A DNA stretch of 28,959 nucleotides from Thermoplasmata archaeon (GTDB lineage Archaea; Thermoplasmatota; Thermoplasmata; GCA-020350865): contig CP070751.1 of the NCBI GenBank assembly GCA_020348445.1, positions 1,075,250 to 1,104,208 of the forward strand, in the 5' to 3' direction. This document shows positions 12,001-18,200 of this stretch, piece after piece. Under the pieces are notes generated by a model. It had not been told where the DNA came from, searched no databases, and saw only the letters and a list, made by a program, of their open reading frames with translations. The translations under genes and the position numbers were made by a program. The first letter of the stretch is position 1, and every line of letters starts with the position of its first letter.

Positions 12001-12147
12001 GAAATATTGTATATTCCAGAATATTCCACTATAGTGATGCCAATTTTTTCGATAATCATATTATTTATCATTCAAAAGAGAAGAAAAAAGTGTGTAAAAA
12101 ATTCGACTGGGTTATTATCGACCCATAGATTTGTAAAAAAAGCTTAA
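1..12147 (+). CDS. Giant cell-surface glycoprotein/adhesin-like protein, 5'-partial (>4048 aa): GITN repeats, TM, conserved ectodomain, FG-GAP propellers, 5x DUF2341+LamG, BNR propeller, jelly rolls, PEF-CTERM-like anchor
   Basis: Frame 1 is open from base 1 (LRALKVGITNGITNGNGITNGLGG...RLVMVVVLVLIIIGTPY), so ATG112 is internal. Contains FG-GAP motifs (FGWNVSYAGDVNGDGYPDIIVGAP), WWN..W..R.KL.FDNS..NFPV DUF2341 starts, LamG motifs (IEAWV..W.Y..GTWDG..IDEVRIS) and many N-x-S/T sequons. Ends IPEY-hydrophobic-KRRKK; TAA at 12145-12147. Confidence 0.95.
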   Translation, partial: LRALKVGITNGITNGNGITNGLGGRQDPLEGKKTLNRLVMVVVLVLIIIGTPYIIFITHSQPDTIKIDGKFRDWRGTPMISDQMEGSPFNPNIDIVDYRIDDRNLDLSFYLRVAGNIFAGQPVGKENVDTAYIFIDRDQSPDSGYYIEGIGADYVVEVYGRRGNVVGSALYFYQAFEQDWDLWEIHCGVDALASGSELEMQFPCSAIDMRKQDEIDVLFYMQSWDRFEDFSDTIISNEAGILSIIQQGVSEGVINGNGNRLTCLELYAINSDITVNEIKATRLGLGIDSDVVRIRLEDEMWNPITTGIMNNDLVTFQPRLFIPEGQSSTLYIVADVGASTIVGNSIGFRIMNNHDVEIDKGTVSIRRLKPDLQRHESGYLMGVPENVIIDGAFKDWAGKGILNDTEKDVDRCDLDIYNYGVSNTDFGAAFYLRVDDEICGGVAVPYWNVKLKHEPMIQEEPPINGTPPVVLPKTGEDIVYIFIDTIPSKGYSRNIPIDADYLIEIKGRHNKVQNRTFYEWAGKNKGEWSWTESGFVDVALDSYQMEVEIEWDKLGVDPQNSSYDVYFLTTDWERREKDYSNGEGPITGPRGTRAVTLAEIATGVGSADNDGFGWNVSYAGDVNGDGYPDIIVGAPFNDTIDGANPNWWNTEWTHRKKLTFDNSQQSEDLENFPVLVKLRSENFIYSNAKADGSDLRFLDPDGSTEMKYHIEKWDSSGDSYVWVNVTTIDASSKTDYIYMYYGNSGASDVQDITGTYDAFFEAVWHFNETSGTHYDATSNDNDGTPYNGVSQDRTGQIDGADEFNGSNHHIDIDPFSINNYTINFWFNGDGTIMGFENITMRTTLDLNSESADTTIYGEDVDDYSGRAVSSGDINGDGYDDVIIGAPSADPAGGGDAGETYVIYGKYRASGSTIDLNSTSADITIYGDDLNDFSGYAVSSGDINNDGYDDVIIGAYGADPAGGSAAGETYVIYGGDWASGSSIDLNSQSANITIYGDDLGDSSGWAVSSGDINNDGYDDVIIGARNADPAGGSQAGETYVIYGGDWASGSTIDLDSVSANITIYGVDPDDSSGYAVSSGDINNDGYDDVIIGAYWADPAGGSQAGETYVIYGGEWASGSTIDLNSTSANITIYGDDSSDYSGSAVSSGDINNDGYDDVIISAPSADPEETLQAGETYVIYGGEWASGSTIDLNSELANITIYGVDLGDLSGCAVSSGDINNDGYDDVIMGVRGADPAGGNFAGETYVIYGGDWASESIIDLNLESANITIYGDDADDYSGWAVSSGDINNDGYDDVIIGAPNADPAGGSRAGETYVINPVSPYEVVKVETIDSKIRSVFAVDGITSSVISSTIDTTEWHSATVTKGSDLRLYVDGSLVATSSVDSGSFSEALNFTIGVLNYNGTLLNYFDGLIDEIKFSNTARSAEWIAAQYLTMTDDFINYGEEESTWWNTNWKYRKKLRFNNLEQTENQEDFPLMVKLSSSNFDYSKAKSDGTDLRFIDSDGSTQLNYHIENWDNSGNSYIWVNVSQIDGASLEDHIRMYYGNSGASNVQNVEGTYDINFSAVWHLNETSGTHYDATSNNNDGTKQGGVNQDVTGWIGGADSFDGDGDYIDCGTSDSLNITNAITIEAWVKTDGESHVYNDPVVVSKYETGSKRAYLLKIDDDSGQDDWDFYLSSNGDSSDGQIGVSDACKNGVWHYIAGTWDGSTMILYRNADPIGTNLTFTGPIHQSSTNLRIADSTDYFEEYNGTIDEVRISDKARSEDWIRIQYVSMADSFLTYCNEEDILDTGAAYIFFGYSGIRSGDINASNANVTIYGENAGDLFGWSVSDLGNVDSDSKDDIIIGAPGAGAGKAYIFYGRTSWSASYDASSADVTITGEYDGNRFGASVSGAGDVDNSNYNDIIVGAHNYKGTAWWNSNWANRMKLVFDNSDQTESLSNFPVMVNLSSSNFDYSSAKADGTDLRFIDSDESTELDYHIEDWDSSGYSYVWVEVPQIDGSSSSDYIWLYYGNSGASDVQDIEGTWDTNFTAVWHLNETSGNIYDATSNNHDGTKQGGVTQDTTGVVDGADDFDGDADYYVVSTTAALNITTQITIEAWVKPDGVDHTDVDLTVVGKFPTNDRAYQLGFNDDSGDADDWDFRLSSDGSTSDGQVHVSNTVDNNQWQYMVGTWDGSDVRLYKNGVEIGTSVSFSGPIHLSDADVWIGDGSYYGSMDGWLDEVRISNIGRSEDWIDAQYLSMTDNFITYLNQGSGWWNSNWAYRMKLNFDNSAQTESLSNFPVMVKLNSSNFDYSKINSDGSDIRFVDEDDSTELSFHFEDWNYDGTSYGWVNVDKIDGSSSSDYMWLYYGNPSAADIQDPRGTYNENYSAVWHLDETTGYNLDSTHNGNLGMPSVNNTLDATGKIDGADYFDGTYDEVFVSNHSSVNPPNDMTIEAWVNMEVLSSTLGRTQTILAKRHSASPFQSYELYLSSGSDSFIFGWGNSTEAYGYAGWNAGPPSLNTWYYLVGVRDGGTLRFYLNGGTTGCYTDTVSGTMYQSDRVLELGNDGDEHINGTLDEVRLSNSARSADWVAAQYLSMTDAFITFGSQEEGQNGKAYIFYGDGSIPTSASSADKTYLGESAGDQFGFSVSDAGDVNNDGKDDVIIGAPYNDDSGEDAGEAYVYIGDLTGTSDLADSVTITYGTVDAGSYTDTQVIGGNSHDIDEENINTVNPYTETVDSGDETITEGVNEAGSDYTDTQSDNNVYQEISELYTGVDSTVYVATNDTANGTIINFNNAKSASDGGANATMEEELISWYGSETSEITIDDTVDDASDEYNPGPGAVFINETDGYVFYIDATSDDVCYRKTTNGGVSWGSAQSISTDRNFHNVAIWYDLWTPGGTSTRVHIVAYGDSDDSVVYRWLDTDDDSLRSSWVTVYDSGSYTPPDGGVSITNSTDGNLFALGFGDTPSVYKSTDNGDTWSDITPSYYFDDVNDHAQLLPLSDGDILCVYHDASTYWARSFVYDEGTDTWDGSATNIEIWYATADANWGAVVDKSTGDIYLAADERPESNNYDLKTYIFSDSSRTWTAKTDIITSSGTACKDVKLMINEDNQDVFAVYIKGGMTAHVYYKKSTDGMTTWGSETQLSTTYDDHIYVKTNFMSDDVVYAFYYNDDLNDLHGCIIANISQDYMMDIEFNTTGVTSADNYYLQLNYSTDGTENFGVEAYNYTSSGWDSLTGNLDQSSYTLKEYTLDPDHVSGSGYVRIRYQGLTETSDGTSSKLYIEYHRVKSNSSATYSSQVTYTLDDFPTDRDNYQLRFYGATNRSSGGESFTVQWRESDDNPTWNNLDTGTISGSSETQLSENLVSTPDSNIEIRITDDTDSPSTPNTTLKIDLIEIYCWNNTEYDIDLYYTFDYGTVPTGNFDVTVYAYFNDGGTETLSIWAWDYDEGSPAFEDTSVNVNSGGSYGYTNVTNLGNEYVSATGEVKIRFKSDTVTSDGTNAGSLSVDYLQVINETESFGSLSVTLSGESSEDMFGWSVSNVSDINEDGSYDDVIVGAPSSVGGWWNTSWGCRQKLTFDNSDQSETLLNFPVMVNLSSSNIDYSRCKDDGTDLRFIDPDGSTEYNYHIERWNSSSYSYVWVNVTEITGSSTNDYMWMYYGNSGAANVLNSEGTYDINFTGVWHLNESSGTPYDATSYDNDGTLYNDVTQNVTGKIDGAYDFAGTTDDDDYIDCGNDASLYFYANRNYTWSAWFYRHANADWDTIMSKFSWSNYGIRVIIHNAGSPVIKVGNHTNGYVNGSTTISENTWYHVVIVYDSSTPTVPQVYVNGNKETMDGSATYLTDTSTQFDIGYGWTTEAWDGVIDEVRFSNIIRSDDWISAQYKSMSNTFITFGGEQENSEGKAHIFFGGDSMDSTADVNLTGESAGDRFGYSVSCAGDVDGDGKTDVIVGAPYWDNGATTDCGQVLVFKGGSSMDTIADYVHNGTQANEHFGWSVSLALIMDDGSNSMVVVGSPHHDGSTDTGKTEILYIPEYSTIVMPIFSIIILFIIQKRRKKCVKNSTGLLSTHRFVKKA
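19..66 (+). repeat. G[IL]TN tetrapeptide repeat, terminal cap only (ORF1)
   Basis: GITNGITNGNGITNGL, preceded by LRALKV; matches the cap in ORF2 and ORF3. Confidence 0.9.
106..174 (+). other. N-terminal transmembrane signal-anchor of ORF1
   Basis: LVMVVVLVLIIIGTPYIIFIT, preceded by basic residues (KKTLNR); the positive-inside rule predicts N-in. Confidence 0.85.
193..1779 (+). other. Conserved ~530-aa ectodomain of ORF1 (two IDGxFxDW DOMON/CBM9-like units flanking an Ig-like unit)
   Basis: Aligns by eye with ORF2 13517-15097 and ORF3 21102-22721 (IDG.F.DW, YIFID.D..P..GY.I.GIGAD, VLFYMQSWD.F.DFSDTIISN, KTGED.VY.FID, DYS). The fold assignment is inference. Confidence 0.8.
2530..3948 (+). repeat. 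7 x 207-bp tandem repeat encoding a near-identical 69-aa FG-GAP blade (nested propeller)
   Basis: gcagtatc recurs at 2599, 2806, 3013, 3220, 3427, 3634 and 3841 (exact 207-bp period). Unit: SG.AVSSGDINNDGYDDVIIGA..ADPAGG..AGETYVIYGG.WASGS.IDLNS.SANITIYG. Confidence 0.97.
8400..9480 (+). other. BNR/Asp-box (sialidase-like) beta-propeller in ORF1
   Basis: Asp-box-like motifs RKTTNGGVSWG, YKSTDNGDTWS and KKSTDGMTTWG. Catalytic residues were not established. Confidence 0.6.
12013..12090 (+). other. PEF-CTERM-like archaeal sorting signal (PEY variant) of ORF1
   Basis: IPEYSTIVMPIFSIIILFIIQKRRKK: motif, TM and basic cluster, as in PEF-CTERM (TIGR03024, linked to archaeosortase C). Confidence 0.8.
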
Positions 12148-12151
12148 AATA
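12138..12151 (+). promoter_or_regulatory. Possible archaeal BRE/TATA element for ORF2, overlapping the ORF1 stop
   Basis: aaaagcttaaaata, ~55 nt upstream of ATG12206. Sequence resemblance only. Confidence 0.3.
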
Positions 12152-12205
12152 GAACCTTCCGACATAGATAAATCAGGCAATATAGCCGCTAAATGGTGTA
12201 ATGAC

Positions 12206-15200
12206 ATGGCGAAGGAAAAGAGTCCTAAAAGAAGATGTCCATTATGTGGCACCAAATTGAAAATTCCTTCATTTAAATGCAATGGCTGCGATAAATATTT
12301 TGCTGCTGATGAGGTCATAAAAGAGAATAATAAAAAGTCTAGATGCCCTGAATGCGCAATAAGGGTAAGATCTGTTTCACAGAAGGATATCAAAAAGGAC
12401 ATTAAATGTCAGGAATGTGGTTTTTCTTTTGATGATATGGATTACTGGGAAGAGACCTTAGGAACATACTCTGAGATAACACCAAAAGAGGAAATTGAGG
12501 AACTGGGAGACAAGCTTGAATCGCTTTCTGAAGAAATTGATAATATCATTGATGAAACACTCAAGGAGGAAATTGATGTCTATAAATGCCCAGATTGTGG
12601 AAGGGAAATCGATGTTGATGCAAAATCCTGTCCAGGCTGCGGCGTGGAATTCTTCGAGCTGGAGGAGGTTCCTGAGGTTATTCGAAAGGAGAAAATCGAG
12701 GAAATAATAGAAAAGTTCGAATGCTCAGAATGTGGAACCCTAGTGGACAGCGGAGCTACTGAGTGTCCAAAATGCGGTATACTATTTTCTGAAGAAGAAG
12801 AGGAGAATTTATTTGAATGTCCAACGTGTGGTTGGGAGGTGGACATCTCTTGCGTGGAATGTCCTAGATGCGGAACCGAATTTATTCCTGAGGAAGAATT
12901 TGGGGAGGAACTTGAGGAAGAATTCGAGGAGGAGCCTGAAGATGAATTTGAGAAATTATTGGTGGGAGTATTGGACAGTGAAACTGAAGAGGAATCAGTA
13001 AAGAAAATTGAAGAAATATTAGAAGTGGATTTGGAGGTTGAACCAGAAGTTGAAGTGGATGAGATCCCCACTTCAGAATCTATTGAAAGCCTTATCCCGC
13101 AGGAATATGAAGAGATAGAAATAAGAGAAGAGCAACATGTTGGCCTGGTAAATGGTCTTGTGAATGGGCAAAAGAAAGAGAAACAAGGCTCAGCCAAGGA
13201 TTATGGTTTAACCAATGGACTTGTAAAGGTACATAAGAAGCGAAAGTATGGCATGACAAACGGTCTTACAAATGGATTGACAAATGGATTGACCAATGGT
13301 CTTGCAAACGGTCTGACCAATGGTCTACGGGCATTGAAAACTGGATTGACAAACGGTATTACGAACGGAAACGGTATAACCAACGGTTTAAGTGCAAAAC
13401 ATGGCGTTTTTGAGGGTAAAAAAGGCAAATGGAAACTTGTGGTTGTGCCCATCATTCTAATCATCCTGGTGATTTCTCCTTATATTTTAATTAGCATAAC
13501 TAAAGAGCCCAAAGGAATTGAAATAGACGGCAAGTTCGGGGATTGGAGGAGTGTGGTAACAATGTCAGATAAAGGTGAGGGGGCAGAATTCAATTCCAAC
13601 GTGGATATAATCGATTATCGGGTGGATTCTAGGCTCATGGAACTGTCGTTTTACCTGAAGGTTGACGGCATTATTTTGGCTGGCGAGCAGGGTGAAGAGA
13701 GACATGTTGATACCGCATACATTTTCATAGATACTGACCAAGACCCGAACTCAGGGTATTACATAGAGGGTATTGGTGCAGATTACATGATGGAAATATA
13801 TGGATGGGAAGGAAAGGTGCTGGGTCGAACCATATACAGCTATCAGGCGCAAGAGCAGGATTGGAATCTATGGAAGCTAGGGGAAAGCGTTGCTGTGGCT
13901 GTAAGTGGCTCAGAGCTGGAGGCACAGATATCCCTTGGTGGATTAAATCTCCAGGAAAATGATATAGTTGATGTTCTGTTCTATATGCAGAGCTGGGACG
14001 GATTTGACGATTTCTCTGATACAATAATAAGCAATGATAATGGTATTTTATCTGTAATACAACAGGGTGTTGGTGAATCCAAAATAGATGGGAATAACAA
14101 CAGGTTACTTAAACTGGAAATTAAAGCAAAAAACGCTGATATTAGGATCAACGAAATAAAAGCAGCAAGAACTGGTGTGGGAAGCGAACTTGATGTTTCG
14201 GGAGTATGGCTTGAGAATGAAAATGGTGATAGAATAGTGTTCGGTACGTATACCGAGGGTCAGGTAACATTTCGACCCGATATGCTGATATTAAAAGATG
14301 AAATTCACATTGTGTATTTAGTAATCGCTATCGGCGAGGATTCAGGTGCTATAAACACTATAGGTTTTAATATAGAGGATAATCATGATGTGGTAACCGA
14401 TAAAGGTACAGTATCATTATCTCGAATAAAACCAGAAGAGCATCGTCATGATATTAGCTATATAATTGATGTTCCCATCAATGTGACCATAGATGGAGCC
14501 TTTGCTGATTGGATAGATAAAAATATTCGGGAAGATTTCATTAGTGAAGATGTAGACCATGTAAACTTAGATATCTTGAAATATGGGGCCTCTGAGACTG
14601 ATGACGGCCAAGCTTTCTTTTTGAATGTGGATGGCGATATGTTTGGTGGAGTTGAGGTGCCGTATTGGAACAATAGGAAATATTCTGAGCCAAAATCAGT
14701 TAAAGGGAATGCTACAGGCCCATCTGATCCAGCACCATCATTACCACCGAAGACCGGCGAGGATGTTGTGTACATTTTCATTGATAATGATAACAGCAGT
14801 ATCACTGGCTATATTCTTGGTACCTTAGGTGCTGATTATTTAATAGAATTTAGGGGCAGACATGGAAAGATCATCTCCAGTAATTACTATGGTTATACCG
14901 GGATTAATCGATGGGAGTGGTTATGGGAAAAAGAAGGAGAGGTGGAGGATGTAGCAATAGACTCAACTCAACTTGAGACTCAAATTGGTGTCGATGATTT
15001 AGTACTGAATGCCAATTTCACATGGTGCTTCATGACAACAAACTGGGCAAATAGTACAAAGGATTACTCAGATGATACACTTGTGGGGATAAGAGGCATG
15101 CCAGCCAGTTTCCCAAATATTGAGGGTGAAGATGCAAAAGCACTCCCAGGGATCTTTTCTGAAGGTCAAGCAATGCTCTCAGGAGGACAAGAATTCCAGA

Positions 15201-18200
15201 GAGACACCCTGGTAATGACATATAATGGCACGCTTGTTCCCACAACTGAAAGCGGATATGGATATACTTGCGAAAATTCATTCTATCAGCTGTTCTTCAA
15301 GGAGCGCTCAAATGCAGAGGGGCTGGTAAAATTGGGAAATGAATTAATGGATGGCTCAACTCAAAGTAATACATTAACTTTTCATCCAAAAGAGATGCAA
15401 TATAGTAACCAGCATGACGAATCAGAAAAACTGGCAAATGTGAGTGACGTTCCTTCGTACGCGGGCTCCTCTTCGATTCAATGGAATGAGACCTTTGTAA
15501 TCGGTTCCTCGTCTACCACCCTAAAATATGTTGTAGAGGTTGACAGATTAAAGGAGTTTCTTATTCTAAGTGAACTTCCAAAAGTTCCGCATGAGATGCT
15601 CAATCAGACAAATATAACACTTGACTACGGTTTTATTATTTCATTTGGTGAGAACGTTATTTGGGTAGATGGGGAACAGAAAACCAGCGACTTCGTTACA
15701 ACAGAAACAATAGAATTTCGTAGTACTAACGGGGATATTCAATATACCATGCCCGAGCCTTTTGCTGTGGATGACAACAACATGATCACGCCTTGTAGTT
15801 ATAGTTTTGAGTTTCAAGAAGAGGGTGCACTGCTCTATATCAGGACACCATATGAATGGCTAGCAGACAAAAGTAGGGCTTATCCAGTTACAATTGATCC
15901 CACAACCATAGCCAACAGCCCGAATGTTGGTTTAAGTGTTGTAGGAGCCCAGAGGAGGCTCTTAAGGGATAGTGCAGGATACTGGTATGCATTTTGGGAC
16001 AGAAATATCCTTTTTCCAAGAAGCCAGTGCCGGATCAACGCTTCAAAGTCCACTAACTATTTTGGTAGTGCCTGGGGAGCCGAGATATGTCTTGCTCAGG
16101 ATCCTTCATATGGAACAAGCGTGCTTTCAGGGGATGGTGATGGTGGTGCATGGAATCCTTCAGTAGCAATATACAGGACAGGCACTGTAGCAAATGATGT
16201 CATCCATCTTGTCTGGGAAGGGTATACAACTTCATATAGGCTATTATGGTCCAGCTGTACAGATCTTGCTAATTTTGACCAGACCGCAAGTTGGGATGTT
16301 CCTGAGTTTTTCGGAAACAGTGGTAGTTCAAATACTAATCCCTCAATTTCCGTGGATGAAAGTGGAATCCCTCATGCAGCATGGAGATCAAATCCATCGG
16401 GTGTTGCAGAGGTTTATTATTCTAAGAGGACAGGAGGAAGTTGGCAAACGCCACTGCAGATATCTAATAGTGGTTCTGTACGAAATCCTTCTATAGATAT
16501 TGATCCCGATAATGTACTTCATGTTACATGGGTAAATTTTACATCGCCAAAATCCATTGACTATAAGCAATGTGATAACATAGCAAACAGTATGACTGCA
16601 TCAGAATGGCACAAGGCAGATGGCAGTACTGGTGAGGACACAGTTATCACAACAATGGGCAATTCAAATGATTACACCATGGTTGCAGACAACGATGGCA
16701 ATGTATGGGTTGTGGCAGTTGGCGGTAGTTCCAGTAATGCTCATTTATACTGGAACAAAATGTCAGGCAGTTCATGGGATACAGAAGCACAGCTCACCAT
16801 GTTTACAAGCTATACACCCACAATTGGAGCCAGCTGCGATGAGATAACTGGCGCTGATTATGTACATCTTATGTGGGAGGATGGCACAACTAACGACATT
16901 TTCTATGCCTACAATTTCAACGATGGAAATGGATGGGACAGGGCAGATTGGGATCTGGCCAGTGATGGTTATGCCGAGGATGTTGAGATATTTGTAGGCA
17001 CGTACGGTTCTTTGAGTATGGAAAGGCACATTTACAGCACGCATGCTGGATTTATTGCATGGGATCAAAGTATTGGTAAAATCGTCTTCGCTTGGCAGCC
17101 ATTGCCCCATTTGATGGACGATGGTGGTGCAGGTTATGAGTACGGTACGCGTACAGTTCCTGCACTAATTCGGGATAGTAGCGGTTTGTGGTACGCGATA
17201 TGGAGGGATACATCTACTGTAGCACGTCATGTTAGAAGTGCCAACACTGAAGGGACACACTGGGAGAAGGCACCTCAGAAGGCAATTGGAGGAGGTGCCC
17301 AGATATCCAGTGGCACGTCAGATGAAAATCCCTGTGTCGCTATTTATCGAACAGGCACTGTGGTAAATGATGAGATACATGTCGTATGGGTTGATGGCAA
17401 TGAGATATTCCATAAGAGCTTGACAAATCCTGCCAACTGGGAATCGGGATGGCTGCCGGCAGGTAGTGCCAATCAATTGGATGGTAATGTAGTGAACGAG
17501 GATTGTTATAGTCCCCAAGTGGCTGTGGATTCAAATGGTGTTCCACATGTTGTATGGGCCCAGGTCAATCCGTCGATAGGAGGCACGGAAATCTATTATA
17601 CTAAAAGGGTGAGTGGAAGCTGGCAGACCGCAATATCCCTGACCCCAAACAGTGCATACATTTATTTGGCCCCCTGCATTGATATCGATTCAGATGATTA
17701 CATCCATGTCGCGTATATAAATGCGAGTAGAATCCCAAGTACCATTAATTACAAGATGTGCGACAATCCAAGTCAATCCCTGACTTCTTCTCAGTGGCAC
17801 AGGGCAAATGACAATGCAGGGGAGGATGTTATCATCTGGAATACCAACGATATGAACCTCCCTTCCATCGTGGCTGATGTAGACAATGATGTGTGGGTCG
17901 TGTGTTATGAATTATCAGATTATGATATCTGGTATAATAAATGTGATTATCCTTCAAGTTACTGGGGAAGTGCTTCTACAATTGCCACAGCTTCCATGTT
18001 TCGATATCCGACAATTGGTGCAGATTCGGGAGGTTGGGTTCACGTTGTCTGGCGTATTGCTGGTGTAGCAGAGATTTATTACTCGAGAAACAAAGACGAT
18101 GGAAATGGATGGGGTGTTTGGGATGAGCCTTATGTCAAGGTGACAGAAAGTGGTAGTGGAAAACGCGGTCCAAATATAGAGAAACACATACTCGAAGGCT

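Larger units (their letters stand above)
1831..12012 (+). other. Discontinuous 7-blade FG-GAP (integrin-alpha-like) beta-propeller scaffold of ORF1
   Basis: Seven FG.SVS..G[DN]...DG..D...G[AS][PH] blades start at ~1831, 5464, 5647, 7858, 10525, 11707 and 11893 (blade 7 degenerate). Confidence 0.75.
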
